A stretch of DNA of 63,292 nt, filler included, from Octopus bimaculoides (GCF_001194135.2; 4 parts of 4 records of this genome joined end to end with filler, not necessarily neighbours in it); one strand, 5' to 3'. Shown: positions 1-13,899, counted from the first letter of the whole stretch. Notes: generated by a model from the sequence alone, not told the origin. Program-made: numbers and translations.

Positions 1-36
1 CCCCGTGTATATACATACATACATAGACAGACAGAC

Positions 37-40
<4 letters not shown>

Positions 41-100
<60 letters not shown>
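41..100. repeat. (GATA)n microsatellite
   Basis: Directly visible. Confidence 0.97.
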
Positions 101-272
101 TGTCAGGTAGATAGGTATATTTAAAATAGTTATGGCCGGTCTATGGGGTTACTATGGGTTTCACGTCCATAAAGTGCTTAGCCATAAACCGTCCACAACT
201 ATCTTTAGCTAATAATTCTACTGCTCTATAACTTAGAGTGTGCTCCTCTTTCGGATTTATGATTCACTCACG

Positions 273-305
<33 letters not shown>

Positions 306-595
306 CATGTGTATGTATGTGTACATACATACATTGCTCCACGCAGAAACTGCAAGAGTTTCTCAGAAGTTTTGCAAGCTCTTCTAAGTACATTGCAATA
401 CTGGAAGCCCTTCTGTATCGTCAGCAGATATCTCAGGGTCACAAGCGTTCAGGCCCTCAACCCATATGTTTCGCGTGAGTGGAGCAGCGAGGGGTGCACT
501 AGTCTTCCCTACGGTCTCTACTCAACCACAGCCATCTTACGCTGTATATCTATAAATATATACATTTACATACATTTATATAAATGTATATGATA

Positions 596-633
<38 letters not shown>

Positions 634-1510
634 TATCATATACATATNNNNNNNNNNNNNNNNNNNNNNNNNNNNNNNNNNNNNNNNNNNNNNNNNNNNN
701 NNNNNNNNNNNNNNNNNNNNNNNNNNNNNNNNNNNNNNNNNNNNNNNNNNNNNNNNNNNNNNNNNNNNNNNNNNNNNNNNNNNNNNNNNNNNNNNNNNNN
801 NNNNNNNNNNNNNNNNNNNNNNNNNNNNNNNNNNNNNNNNNNNNNNNNNNNNNNNNNNNNNNNNNNNNNNNNNNNNNNNNNNNNNNNNNNNNNNNNNNNN
901 NNNNNNNNNNNNNNNNNNNNNNNNNNNNNNNNNNNNNNNNNNNNNNNNNNNNNNNNNNNNNNNNNNNNNNNNNNNNNNNNNNNNNNNNNNNNNNNNNNNN
1001 NNNNNNNNNNNNNNNNNNNNNNNNNNNNNNNNNNAACGGTCAATCATAATAATGGCCGATCATAACAATGACTGACCGGAAGTTAGAAATTCTTATTTCA
1101 AGAGAGCTAAGAAAGGGGGAGATAACAAACGGTGATCGGGAACGAGGGGCTGTGTGTGGGAGGTAGAATGCTGGTGATCTTGACGTATGTAGTGTGAAAA
1201 TGGGGAAGGGAGAAAGGGAGAAAGGGAGAAAGGGAGAAAGGGAGTTAGTAGTTGGTCAGTTGTAGTGTGTGCGTGGTGTGGCAAACGTATACCATGAGTT
1301 TACTGTCAGATATACTCATTAGGTTATTTTTGTATTATCTGAAATAGAATACCAGCATATCGATTAATCCCCCAAAAATTGAATATTGACTTTTATCAGA
1401 TACTTTGTATATTTATAGATAAATATATAAATATACGATAAATAAGACCCCAAAGTGCGATATGTAGATGCATATAACGCTGAAGGGTTGCACCTGATTA
1501 ATTAGGAAAT

Positions 1511-1780
1511 TTGTTTTCCCAAATTATGTATGTGTATGTGGCCATGCTGGGCATCGTCCTGGAGAGCTTTAGTCGGACAAATCGACCCCAGGACTTATTT
1601 TTTAAGCCTAGTACTTATTATATCGGTCTCTTTAGCGAAGCGCTAAGTTACGGGGACATATGCACACCAACACATAAGTTTTTGGTCAGCCCGAAGCTAA
1701 AGTAAAAGTCACTTCCACGGAGTGGGGCTGAACCCGAAACCATGTGGTTGGGAAGCAAACTTCTCCCCACACAGCTACAC
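1511..1780 (-). mobile_element. SINE family B copy (tRNA-type head)
   Basis: Reverse of gtgtggggagaagtttgcttcccaaccacatggtttcgggttcagccccac...gtcgatttgtccgactaaag. Confidence 0.8.
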
Positions 1781-2998
1781 AAGATTTTCTTTTTTTTTTC
1801 TCCTTGCTTAGAGCTCTCTCGGCTTGACGACAGCATTCCTGCAAGTTGGTGAGTAGTCTTATGTGATCAGAGACCAAAAGCCAGCCAGCAAAGTTTTCCA
1901 CAGGTTGGACTACGAACCGGTGGGCCACTGATGACTTCTTGTCTTCACAGTTTCACAATTTTCATGGCAGATGGTCCGCTAAACACTTCGATCCTAACTG
2001 AGTATAACATACGCGCGTACGCGTATGTGTGTAATAAAAATGGATTGAATGACATTCTTTATTCAAAGTCACTACAATTGCTTCTAGAAATAACTGTAAT
2101 GGTTTTAAATAAAGAATGTCGTTCAATCCATCTTTTCTTATTCATCTATTTATATAAACTCTACGGGTACTATGGTATTCCAGATGTATATCCAATAATA
2201 AGTATATTCTAACAGTGTGGTAACATACAGTAGCCTATAACAGAGGACGAGCTATGTGTCGCATACTATAAGGTTCTCGTCCAAATCTGATTAATATATA
2301 TATATGCGCACGCACATACACATGCACACACACATATAGATATAATCCTAAAGTGGAAATGAGGGAAGAGCAGATTGAAAGGGAGAATAAGAAGCGAGTT
2401 CCAGTTAAGATTTAATAAGAGAAAGAGAGAGCATTTCCCTCTCTCTCTCTCTCTCCCTCCTTTTTTAAATCTCCCTAAGTAAAACTCGAGAGAGAGAGAG
2501 AGAGAGAGAGCTAGTCGATCACAAAACGATGTAAAATACTCACCTCCATACATATACTTGCACATATGCATACATACACACACGTATACATATATACATA
2601 TATACATATATATATATAAATACATATATATAATACATATATAAGCATACACACACACACACACACACACACACAAAGACACGCAACGCATACGCACACA
2701 CATTCATGTAGGTGTATGTGGGTGTATAATTGGCCTATTGCCAATAACTAAAATTACCGAACAAAAGCTTCTAGAAAGGTTTTATGTTACACTAGATTAT
2801 ATGTCAGGCGTTGGGCCGGGGCTAGAACGAAATTTACCTTTCAGATACTGATACATCCAAAGCATTACTGCCGTGTTATAAATTTCACATTTTACATCTA
2901 ACACGGCAGACTCAGCTGCCTAAACCTTTGTTTTTGAATATTCACTTGGTACACTTTCTCCAACAACATTCACTCATTGAAAGAAAGCGTTAGTGTTG

Positions 2999-3084
<86 letters not shown>
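2999..3084. repeat. (GATA)n microsatellite
   Basis: Directly visible. Confidence 0.97.
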
Positions 3085-3085
<1 letters not shown>

Positions 3086-3329
3086 TAACGACTGTGAACG
3101 GTGAATCAATTAGGGATGTCGTTGAGCACATAGCTAAGAGGTTAATTAGTTCGTATCCTAGTACCAAGCTGCTCGTAGATTAATGTTCAAGACATTTAAA
3201 TTCCCACTGCCCCAATTCTGCTAGCTATCAAAACAAGGGTTCAGTTTAACGATGGAGCATTGCAAAATTACCAGGAATTTCGTATGCTTTATCATCATCA
3301 TCATCATCATTGTCGTTATCATCATTATT

Positions 3330-3521
3330 AAGGTGACAAGCTGGCAGAATGCATAGCGGTATTTCGTCTGCCGCTACGGTCTGAATTCAAATTCCACTGA
3401 GGTCGACTTTGCCGTCCATTCTTTCGGGGTCGACGAAATAAGTACCGGTTACGAACTGGAGTCGATGTAATAGACTATCCCCTCCTCTAAATTTTCAGGC
3501 CTTGTGCCTACAGTAGAAAGA

Positions 3522-3523
<2 letters not shown>
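3330..3523 (+). mobile_element. SINE family A copy
   Basis: gagctggcagaa...ctgagttcaaattcc.ccgaggtcgactttg...aagtacc...gtcgatgtaa...aatttcaggccttgtg pattern recurring throughout the window. Confidence 0.85.
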
Positions 3524-3570
<47 letters not shown>

Positions 3571-3571
<1 letters not shown>

Positions 3572-4125
3572 GAGTGAGAGAGCAGTACATGCCATCAAAG
3601 TGACACAGGTGCAAATATGCGAAGCCCATTATACCCATCATGATTACCCGTCTGATAAGGGTACACCAGGCACATGCATCACAACTATATGTGCATAACA
3701 TGGTGATCTCGTATCGAGATAAACAGCGCATGACCTTGCAGGTGGGACCCCGTTAGAATTTTCTTCATGTTGAGTACCCCATCCCGCTCAAAAGGTCCTT
3801 GAATAAGGATGATGTTTAAGGACGATAACCAAAACACCCATGTTCCCAGAGGTGTATTATTCAAACCCCACAGAATTCCTCTCAGCACATGGCTATGATG
3901 TTCCCCCACTCCTTTTGTTTGTGATCAGAGATGCACATATCGTCAGCCACCAAGGGACGTGCTCAACTGGTTAACGTCAAACAAGCAAATCTGTGGTATT
4001 GTGCAGAATATTTGCTGTAGCCCATCTTTTACATCAAGACAAAACAATGTATATGATAACACTTCCAGTCAGTTAAGATCAAAAGTTATGAGAGCCACTG
4101 CCTGGTACTGAATTAGAGCATTTAT
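3571..4125 (-). mobile_element. Interspersed repeat, probable LINE/SINE 3' end
   Basis: About 550-bp non-coding block bounded by (ATT)n tracts. On the minus strand it ends in an (AAT)n tail. Confidence 0.45.
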
Positions 4126-4127
4126 TG

Positions 4128-4191
<64 letters not shown>

Positions 4192-4204
4192 CATTATTGT
4201 TATT

Positions 4205-4238
<34 letters not shown>

Positions 4239-4242
4239 CTAC

Positions 4243-4305
<63 letters not shown>

Positions 4306-4311
4306 TACTAC

Positions 4312-4355
<44 letters not shown>
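4125..4355. repeat. (ATT)n microsatellite running into a gap
   Basis: Directly visible. Explains the poly-L/poly-I ORFs. Confidence 0.97.
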
Positions 4356-4732
4356 NNNNNNNNNNNNNNNNNNNNNNNNNNNNNNNNNNNNNNNNNNNNN
4401 NNNNNNNNNNNNNNNNNNNNNNNNNNNNNNNNNNNNNNNNNNNNNNNNNNNNNNNNNNNNNNNNNNNNNNNNNNNNNNNNNNNNNNNNNNNNNNNNNNNN
4501 NNNNNNNNNNNNNNNNNNNNNNNNNNNNNNNNNNNNNNNNNNNNNNNNNNNNNNNNNNNNNNNNNNNNNNNNNNNNNNNNNNNNNNNNNNNNNNNNNNNN
4601 NNNNNNNNNNNNNNNNNNNNNNNNNNNNNNNNNNNNNNNNNNNNNNNNNNNNNNNNNNNNNNNNNNNGGAGTCGATGTAATCGACTATCTCCTTTCCCCA
4701 AATTTCAGGCCTTGTGCTTATAGTAAGAAAAG

Positions 4733-4789
<57 letters not shown>

Positions 4790-5001
4790 TAAGCCGGTGA
4801 GCTGGCTGAGTCATTACCACGTCGGACAAAAAAAATGCTTAGCGGTATTTCTACCGGCTTTAAGTTTAGAGTACAAAATCTGCCGAGGTCGACTTTACCT
4901 TTCGTCCTTCTGGGGTTGATAGAATAAAGCATTGGCGTCGGTGTAATCGAATTTTCCCTTCCCCAAAAAATTACAGACCTTTAGCCAAAATCAGAAAGAA
5001 T
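4790..5001 (+). mobile_element. SINE family A copy
   Basis: Same family as 3330-3523. Confidence 0.8.
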
Positions 5002-6254
5002 CATCATCATCATCATCATCATCATTCATCATTCATTCATTATCATTCATAGTTTGAAAATACATCATGAGTTTCCTTATTGGAAACAAAAAACAAAAAT
5101 GTTCAGGGTTAACAGCATGTGCGAGAATACCTTAACACTATCCAGATGTTAGTTTTGATATTTTCTGAAACATGTCTATGTCTCTATATTTTTATAGGTA
5201 ATATGTCAATGTCTTTATAGAAGGGACCGCACAATATTCAAGTTCTGCCAATTATAGACGGGATAGTTAACAGATTACTGATTTGCTGTGATGTTTTAAT
5301 TAAGTAACTAGGTCGATGTTAATTCCTTAGCCTTTTCAGATCGCTTCTGTATAGCGTTACAGTTATTTGATATTGTTACATCGATTGCCGGGCGGAATTC
5401 TGCTTTAAGCACCCCCATATAACCCCTCATAACTTTTTTTGTTTTCTTTAATTTTCAGAAAAATATTTGTAAATTTGTGTTCTACACCCGGGAATTCATA
5501 CGTCTATAACAATTTTTTATTTTAATTTTTCGAAATTAAAAAAAAAATTTTCCTAATTTTTCGAATTTTTTTTTTTTTTTAATTACAGTTTAAAATACGG
5601 GCAGCCCGAATTTTGAGGCTTAAATCCCAGCAATAGACCATTAAGTCTGTTTATGGGGAGAAATATATAGAAAAACATCAATAGGTCAGTGACCAACAAA
5701 CGAGGACGGTATGAGAAGGTCGTGAGATGCGCTAAAAATAACTGATGTCGGTTTTATTAATGTGGATCATTGATATTAAGTCTGCTCAGTGAATACTCTT
5801 CATTTGTAAGTAGGACCCATGTAAAAACAACAGTTGTTTAATTAATGCCGACGCTAGTTCATATGTCTGTTCGTTTAATGTTAATCTCTGCTAATTGATC
5901 TGTTCAGTTTATGCTATCTTTTGGTGATAGGTCTGTCCAATTTGTGTTAGATATTGATCATAGGTGTCTTCAATTAATATTGACTTTTGACCACATGTCT
6001 CTTTAATCGATACTGACCATTCATCATAGGTCTATTACTAATACTGTTTACTTTCTCATCGTTAATACCTGTTATATTATCAATTAGATTACATGTAATA
6101 GATTACGCAAATTTTACAGTATGCCTACTAAAGATTTTACTAACTACAGAGGGAAAATGCTTCTCCAAAATCCTAAAGAAAATTTCAGGAATACTCGAGG
6201 CAAAATTAATTCCGGTGGGTGCTACACAAATGCTTAATGCACACGATTACGCCT

Positions 6255-6485
6255 AATAGCACGAGCCAACAATAAACTCTTAGAATAGTCGCTCGACTTG
6301 CTAGAAATAGCATCAACTTTCCCTCACATCACACACACCATTGCCTTAAAACCAGGAATGACACGCGAGATAATGTTGTTCTAGATAGAAATATTGAATG
6401 AAAGACATGATAATCACAGCTAGAATGAATTTAATTATAGGTTTGATTAGGACTGACATGGGCTGAACAGCAACAACAACAGCAA
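6255..6485 (+). mobile_element. SINE 3' domain with (CAA)n tail
   Basis: cgctcgacttgctagaaatagc...gggctgaacagcaacaacaac. Related pieces lie at about 17540, 22590, 30680 and 56480-56690. Confidence 0.6.
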
Positions 6486-8149
6486 CCTAAATAATAAATC
6501 TGTATTGTTGTGACATCTTAGAAACAGTAAAGATGAGATGAAATCTGAATTGAAACTGGAAGGAATATCTCTGTCTTGACTTTACTCCCCAGAAAACGAC
6601 ATACGAAAAGCTATCGTCACTTAGCAACCAAAAACAAAATCACTTCACAACTAACAAGATTCTATTTTGTCTGTTTTTAACTCCTACTGATAAATTGATT
6701 TTTCTTTGTTTATTTCTTTTTTACTTTACCTATTTATTTATTTATCTATATCTCTCCTACTTTCTCTCTATTTATCTGTCTATTTTCCATATTTGTATTT
6801 TTTCTCTTTGTAACAAAGTAACAAAATTAATGCCAATATTAAATAGAAAAATAAATATCTGCGATAATTTCAAATACACAGTAGAGATAAATACATAAAT
6901 AAATGAATAGGTATATAATTGAATAAATAAATAAATAAATAAATAAATAAATGAAGACGGTAACGAAATTGCGAGTTACATTTGCACGATGATGCAAAAG
7001 ATATACGTTACATTGTATGAGACGTGCAAATCCTAAATAGCTACTTCTCTTAAGCCAGTGAGTAACACCACCAGTTATAGATTGCTAGGCAATAAATCTA
7101 TTTACTTAATTAGTCAATCCTATCTGATATTCGACTCTTTCTCCGTTAATTTCCTGTTTTCAAGAATTGTCGTCATTTCTAAATACCTACCATCCCGCTC
7201 GTTTTCTATCTTCCTTCATTTCTAAGGCTTTCTTTATTATCTGTTTAGTAATCTGTTTAACTGAGTGCTCTTTTCTTTCTTTTATATATATATANNNNNN
7301 NNNNNNNNNNNNNNNNNNNNNNNNNNNNNNNNNNNNNNNNNNNNNNNNNNNNNNNNNNNNNNNNNNNNNNNNNNNNNNNNNNNNNNNNNNNNNNNNNNNN
7401 NNNNNNNNNNNNNNNNNNNNNNNNNNNNNNNNNNNNNNNNNNNNNNNNNNNNNNNNNNNNNNNNNNNNNNNNNNNNNNNNNNNNNNNNNNNNNNNNNNNN
7501 NNNNNNNNNNNNNNNNNNNNNNNNNNNNNNNNNNNNNNNNNNNNNNNNNNNNNNNNNNNNNNNNNNNNNNNNNNNNNNNNNNNNNNNNNNNNNNNNNNNN
7601 NNNNNNNNNNNNNNNNNNNNNNNNNNNNNNNNNNNNNNNNNNNNNNNNNNNNNNNNNNNNNNNNNNNNNNNNNNNNNNNNNNNNNNNNNNNNNNNNNNNN
7701 NNNNNNNNNNNNNNNNNNNNNNNNNNNNNNNNNNNNNNNNNNNNNNNNNNNNNNNNNNNNNNNNNNNNNNNNNNNNNNNNNNNNNNNNNNNNNNNNNNNN
7801 NNNNNNNNNNNNNNNNNNNNNNNNNNNNNNNNNNNNNNNNNNNNNNNNNNNNNNNNNNNNNNNNNNNNNNNNNNNNNNNNNNNNNNNNNNNNNNNNNNNN
7901 NNNNNNNNNNNNNNNNNNNNNNNNNNNNNNNNNNNNNNNNNNNNNNNNNNNNNNNNNNNNNNNNNNNNNNNNNNNNNNNNNNNNNNNNNNNNNNNNNNNN
8001 NNNNNNNNNNNNNNNNNNNNNNNNNNNNNNNNNNNNNNNNNNNNNNNNNNNNNNNNNNNNNNNNNNNNNNNNNNNNNNNNNNNNNNNNNNNNNNNNNNNN
8101 NNNNNNNNNNNNNNNNNNNNNNNNNNNTGTGTGTGTGTGTGTGTGTTCG

Positions 8150-8590
8150 TTTCTGTCTGCTCTGAGTTTCGCCTTGGGTTGGGATGTTCGTGACTATGAG
8201 GCGGGTGAAAGGATTTGCAATTCATATAAGGATGAGTTGACCTTAGAATTGTGTGAGTGGGCAAGGAGGTAAATGTCCAACTATGTATGGATTGAAGTAG
8301 AAAGTTATTGTTACGGTGTGTGTTATTATGCATTGGTCGAGACGCTCCTGTTCTCCTCTCATGTTTTGCATGAGCTCGGGACTTTTAGAGATTAGTAAAA
8401 TTATTTTAGTTGAAACTTTCAAAGGATAGTAAAATTATTAAGAATGGCCCTTGTGGTTCAAAGAGTAGGACATGACTGATAATTTTAAAGGCAGGTTTAA
8501 ATTAGAGGAGGATATTTTGTTCTGGTTCAGTGGACACATTCTTTCATTCATACGTTTAACTTGGGAATTCATGGTCTCTGATGTCGGAAA
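8150..8590 (-). mobile_element. Possible Penelope-like 3' remnant
   Basis: MCPLNQN (CPL motif) and a degenerate hammerhead-like end at 8160-8195. Confidence 0.35.
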
Positions 8591-8949
8591 AAATGAATAA
8601 AACATTCAACGATGCTGCGAATAGCTACCTGCAATTGATGCAGTATTGAATTTGAATAGCCATCTATGTATCATTTTTAATGCATATACACTGTTAACAG
8701 GCCAGTTACTGCAGTATTTGTCCTGCGATAGCATCCCCGCTAAAATGCCGAAATGCATCCAGCATCTCACTGACCACGACTGAAACGGACTTTCGTCTCT
8801 CTCTGATAGGTATTGTGTATTTAACACAAGTCCAAAAGTTCTATCATGAAAAATAGCAGTAACTAGCCTGTCGACAGTGTGTATATATCATGTATGATAA
8901 TAGAAGGCAATTCCAATTAAATAATGTCTCAGTGGCGAATATCGGATAT

Positions 8950-9003
<54 letters not shown>

Positions 9004-9987
9004 TACATGTATGTGTGTGGGTATGTGTATGTGTGTATTATATAAATGATTACATAGAAATGCAGTTGAATTTCCAAAAGTGAAATAGTAGTCGTGAATA
9101 CGAAAATTCCCTCAAAATGTTATATAATCAATACACATATTCCTTCAGACAAGATAGTGAGAGAAAAAAAAAACACAACTATTCTCTCAGAATGTGCCTG
9201 GAGTCTGAAAGATAACTTTATTGACAATTTCAGAATCAATACTTGTAAAACTTCTTTAAAAACCTTAACTGCTTATCTGAAAGTTGGATTTTGTTACTTC
9301 TAACCGCCCACATCAGAGAAAATACCTCTTAGAAACAGCCAAACTATAATATAAGAACACCCACAAAATTTGTATGTCATCTTTTCTGTATAAGTTTAAA
9401 ATGCTAATAAATCTGCACAGGAACTATTGTGTGTTACCTTACGTTCCAAGTTAAGCAATTTTTCACTTGTTAAAGAAATATTAGTTAAAACGCTAGAGAT
9501 TTGTTTATTTACCAATTTGTCATACTTTACCCTGCTTGTTCTTGTGCTATCTAACCCTTTCAAGAACAATCAAAATTTTTACATAGTGCCTAATGTGTAT
9601 AGAATTGTCACCCGTATACCGGTAACTAGGTCAAACTCTCTATGTCTCGTAACATTTTTTTTTTTTTCCTTTTACGAAATATATTGAGTTTTACTTTCGA
9701 TATATTTCTTCTCTTTCCACCTTTTTTATAGCTTCTTCATTTTCATCTACTATCCTTTCTTCCCTTCATATTTTTTTAAAAACTATATCATGTATATCGC
9801 CAAACCCTGTTCTTTTAACAGGATTGGGTGACATAACATTCATAATAAGTGTCTTCCTACCTCTACATTACTTAAATAGCCTGACTCTCAAACCATTCCT
9901 TGTTTGCCTTTCTGGTCTCCCCCACCACTACCTCACTTATATCATGTAATCTTTTCTCAGCCTCTCTATGGAGTTAAATTTGTCTCT

Positions 9988-10025
<38 letters not shown>

Positions 10026-10325
10026 GCTCTTATTTTTGTCTTACTTTTCCGTATTCTTTCTCCTTTCTTGTTTTTGTCTTTTTCCATTTTCTTTATATCT
10101 TCTTCTCTATTTCTTTAGAAACTTTTGTTCTTATTTCACGTTATAATTTTTTTATTTGTTTACATATATTTTCTCTGTAGAAACGTTTATATCTCTCTTA
10201 TTCATAGTTTAATATTTTTTAGCATTTATATTTTTACATATATTCTTCCTTGACTATTAAAAAAGATGCATGTATGTATATGTGCTTCTGTACATGTTTG
10301 ATTGTCAATGCGTTTGTGTATTTAC

Positions 10326-10327
<2 letters not shown>

Positions 10328-10402
<75 letters not shown>
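10328..10402. repeat. (TAG)n microsatellite
   Basis: Directly visible. Confidence 0.97.
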
Positions 10403-10446
10403 NNNNNNNNNNNNNNNNNNNNNNNNNNNNNNNNNNNNNNNNNNNN

Positions 10447-10458
10447 TTAATTAATTAA
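10447..10458. other. Artificial scaffold spacer TTAATTAATTAA
   Basis: 44 N + 12 bp + 44 N = 100 bp. Identical at 28801-28812 and 58725-58736. Confidence 0.9.
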
Positions 10459-11157
10459 NNNNNNNNNNNNNNNNNNNNNNNNNNNNNNNNNNNNNNNNNN
10501 NNCACTCACCGTTAAAATTTCCACTTATTTTTATTTTCCTAAAATTTTCGTTGCGTCTTGCAACCTTTTCACGTTGTGTTCTGTTTTTGCTTTTCTTTTT
10601 TTTGCGCATGCGTGTGTCTCAGTGTGTGTGTATGTATGTATGCGTGCATGTGTGTATGTATGTCTGCGTGTGTGCATATGTATATATGTATGTATGTGTG
10701 TGTATGTATATATGCATGTATGTGTGTGTTTGTATGTATGTATGTATTCTGCAGTTGTGTGTGTGTGTTTTTTTNNNNNNNNNNTGTATTCTGCAGTTGT
10801 GTGTGTGTGTTTTTTTTATGTATGTGTGTGCGTGTGTATATATGTATGTACTTCTGTCTCCTTGTGTGTGTGCGTGTGTGTGCTCTGCTGTTATGTACCA
10901 TGTTTGCATGTTTGGGTGCACATCTCCATATGTGTGGACAAATGTGTATGTATATGTGGTCATGTGTTTCTGTCTCTATTTGCCTATGTGGTTGTCTGTT
11001 CATATACCCTATGTACCTACCCATACATACATGTGCATGCACACACACACACACACACACACACCCACACTCACAGACATACATACCTCTATTTGCATAA
11101 AAACCCATCAACTGTTCTACTTTACCTGTGTAAAATGTGGGTATGGGGGTATGATAT

Positions 11158-11780
11158 CTACGTATATTTCCTATTTAGTANNNNNNNNNNNNNNNNNNNN
11201 NNNNNTGGGGAAGTTTCATTTATAAGGACGTACTCCCGTATTTGTCTTAGAGTTGGGTCTTTTGGGTGTTTGGATAAGATGCGGATGTCAAGTTGACCCA
11301 AGTTGCCTCCGTGCTGGTCTTTGGCATGTTGGTAGAGTATAGAGGACTGTTTTTTGTCCTCATATTGTCTCATATGTTCGTTTAGCCGTTCCGCAATGCT
11401 CCTAGAAGTTTCACCTATATATGTCATATTCAGGTCTTTACAAGCACCTTCTATGCATTTTATGCTGTAAACTACATTTCTATTTCTGCAATTAATGCCA
11501 GGGCTAATCCTAAATACCATGCAGTTATCATTGGTACATATGGTATTCTCAAAGGGATACGTCCTACATAGTTGCGACCTGATGGAGTTCCCTGGCTTTT
11601 CAACAATCTTAATGTTGAGTTTGGACTCCTTCAGGGCTTTTCTAAACCTACGCGCTAGTTCTCCATGGGCTGTGGCCTCTACAAACATCACTCCTTGATA
11701 TCTGTCGGTTTTATACCACGTGTTCGCCTTGTTAGCTTTGTCAAAAATTATTTGCATCCTATTCCAAAAACGAGATATAG
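11158..11780 (-). mobile_element. Penelope-like retroelement 3' fragment with open GIY-YIG endonuclease
   Basis: ORF contains VVYSIKC...YIGETSRSIAERLNEH...ILYQHAKDQHG...RQIREYVLI, preceded by a Cys-rich linker. 5'-truncated against an (AT)n tract. Confidence 0.85.
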
Positions 11781-11846
11781 ATATATATATATATGTATTA
11801 TATGAGTGTGTGTGTGTGTCTGTGTATAAATATGATATATATATGC

Positions 11847-11883
<37 letters not shown>

Positions 11884-12116
11884 TAGACAGACAGATAGAC
11901 AGATAGATAGATAGATAGATAGATATGCGTCGCTGGTTAGCTATATTACGTCGTTACGAATAGAAAATTCCTACACAAATGTTTGAAATAATACAATTCA
12001 AACATGAAGCATCGNNNNNNNNNNNNNNNNNNNNNNNNNNNNNNNNNNNNNNNNNNNNNNNNNNNNNNNNNNNNNNNNNNNNNNNNNNNNNNNNNNNNNN
12101 NNNNNNNNNNNNNNNN

Positions 12117-12154
<38 letters not shown>

Positions 12155-12959
12155 CACGTCTATTATCCCTCATCATGCCACTAAATTTGACAGTCCACAG
12201 CAATTGTGATTATCAGCGTGTTAGCACTTAGCTACTTCGAAGTAAAACGAGACGCGTTGAGACCACTCAAAGAAAATATGAAGGGTCTCTTCAATGGACA
12301 TTTTTCACGAGATTTACTCTTTGACACCGTTATTTCATATAAGTTGAAATATAAGGCTTACGTGTGAGTGTATGTGCATGTGTGTGTGAGAGAGAGAGTG
12401 AGTGTGCGCACGTGAGCGTGTGTGTGTATGAGCAAACATTAACAGAACTGATATGCAAGTATGCAGATGTATATAATCGAATACAGAACTATATGCGTGA
12501 CATCAGTAGTCATTTCTAGATAATATACATGTATATACATGCATTACTTTGTGAAATTCCATGCGTTATATATATATATATATATATATACATACACACA
12601 CACGTATGTCAGTATGTTTGTGTATTTGAGTTTAAGATTCTCTCTCTCTCTCTCTCTCCCTCTCCCTCTCCCCCTCTCTCTCTCTCTCTCTCTCTCTGTT
12701 TGTGCCACTGCAAGTCGAAAAATCGATAGCAATAAATTCGCTTCTGACACAAATGTGTCAAGACGATTTCATTGTTTGGGGGTGGAAAGAAGAGAAGTTA
12801 ACATAAATCTTATTGTCTTGTGGTATATAGAGGCAATGAGGAAGACTCTACTTCTGCTAGAAATAGTAACCAAATCACATTTAAGCCACATCCTTTCAAC
12901 GATATTCAAGTTTTGATAATTACCGTCTATATGTTCAATTAAAACCCGTTACAATGACA

Positions 12960-13120
12960 CAAAATGCTTAGTAACATTTCTTTCGGCCTTACATTCTGAG
13001 TTCATATTCTGCTGAGGTGGACCTTGCCTTTCATCCTTTCGGGGCCAGTAAAATAAGTATCGGTTGCACTGGGGTCAATGGAATCCAGTAGCCCTCCAAA
13101 GAAAATATTAAGCTTTGTAC
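12960..13120 (+). mobile_element. SINE family A copy (partial)
   Basis: ttctgagttc...gaggtggaccttgcctttcatcctttcgggg...ggggtcaatg. Confidence 0.75.
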
Positions 13121-13332
13121 TTAGACAGAACTGCTGTAGTGCTGTTGAAGCAAAGCTAAACTTGAGGCTAACATAACAATCTTGTGTTGCACTTTCTCAA
13201 CAATAATAGCTACAAAACCCTTCAAGAGAGCCTCTATGCAAACTGTTCTGTTTCCTGAACTGGCAACCAAATTACATTCAATGTACACATTAAATAATAT
13301 AATACTCGGTGAGTGTAGCTCTAAAAAAATAC

Positions 13333-13393
13333 ACAGCATTGCCACAGCATTGCCACAGCATTGCCACAGCATTGCCACAGCATTGCCACAGCA
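13333..13393. repeat. 11-bp tandem repeat (cacagcattgc) x5
   Basis: Directly visible. Confidence 0.95.
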
Positions 13394-13899
13394 GTACCGT
13401 ATATTTTGGAGAAAGGTTTTCACGATCAGTGCTACTCTGGGATTAAGCCAGAAGTTACTGTTGCTACCACTGCAATCAAATAGTCTGCATGCTGCAGATA
13501 TCATTATAGATGTCACCTACACCACAATTCCATCACCCGAGTAACTATAACTTCTAACATAAAACCTCATTCACGTCCTTCTTGCTATTCTCATATCATC
13601 TTTATCATTTCCACTGAGAAAACTTCAATGCATTGACTTGATCTGAAAGGAAGTGCGCTCAACTCACCTTCAAATCATATTCTGATGTCTTAAAAAAAAA
13701 AGAAGGAATACATTCGAGCTCACCTTCTGCCCATCATATTTAGGCAGAAGGACTTATTGTGTTAAAATAGAGAGAGTTCCACGAGGGTTGGTTATCTGGT
13801 GCTAGCTGGACTGAGTTCTCTTGGTGGGCAGCAACACACTCCTCTGCGTAAAGTGAACAGAGAGGGAGTTTGTGCTTGTTACAGCAGATTATTGCAAAT

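Noticed and set aside
400-490. CTGACGA and GAAACATATG on the minus strand as a hammerhead
   Set aside because: No U16.1 after the palindrome, and no stem I or II pairing in either permutation.
5384-5634. MITE with attgc(c/t)ggg ends
   Set aside because: The inverted match is too short and no TSD is evident.
550-8333. Long ORFs in the track made of X, poly-L/I, YI, HT or CV runs (also at 10-12, 18, 21 and 60 kb)
   Set aside because: Products of N gaps and microsatellites, not genes.
10744-10817. Direct repeat tgtattctgcagttgtgtgtgtgtgtttttt on both sides of a 10-N gap
   Set aside because: Typical contig-overlap artefact.
13121-13544. Overlapping 120-131-aa ORFs on both strands
   Set aside because: Inflated by the 11-bp tandem repeat, with no recognisable motif. 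Candidate splice sites give stops.
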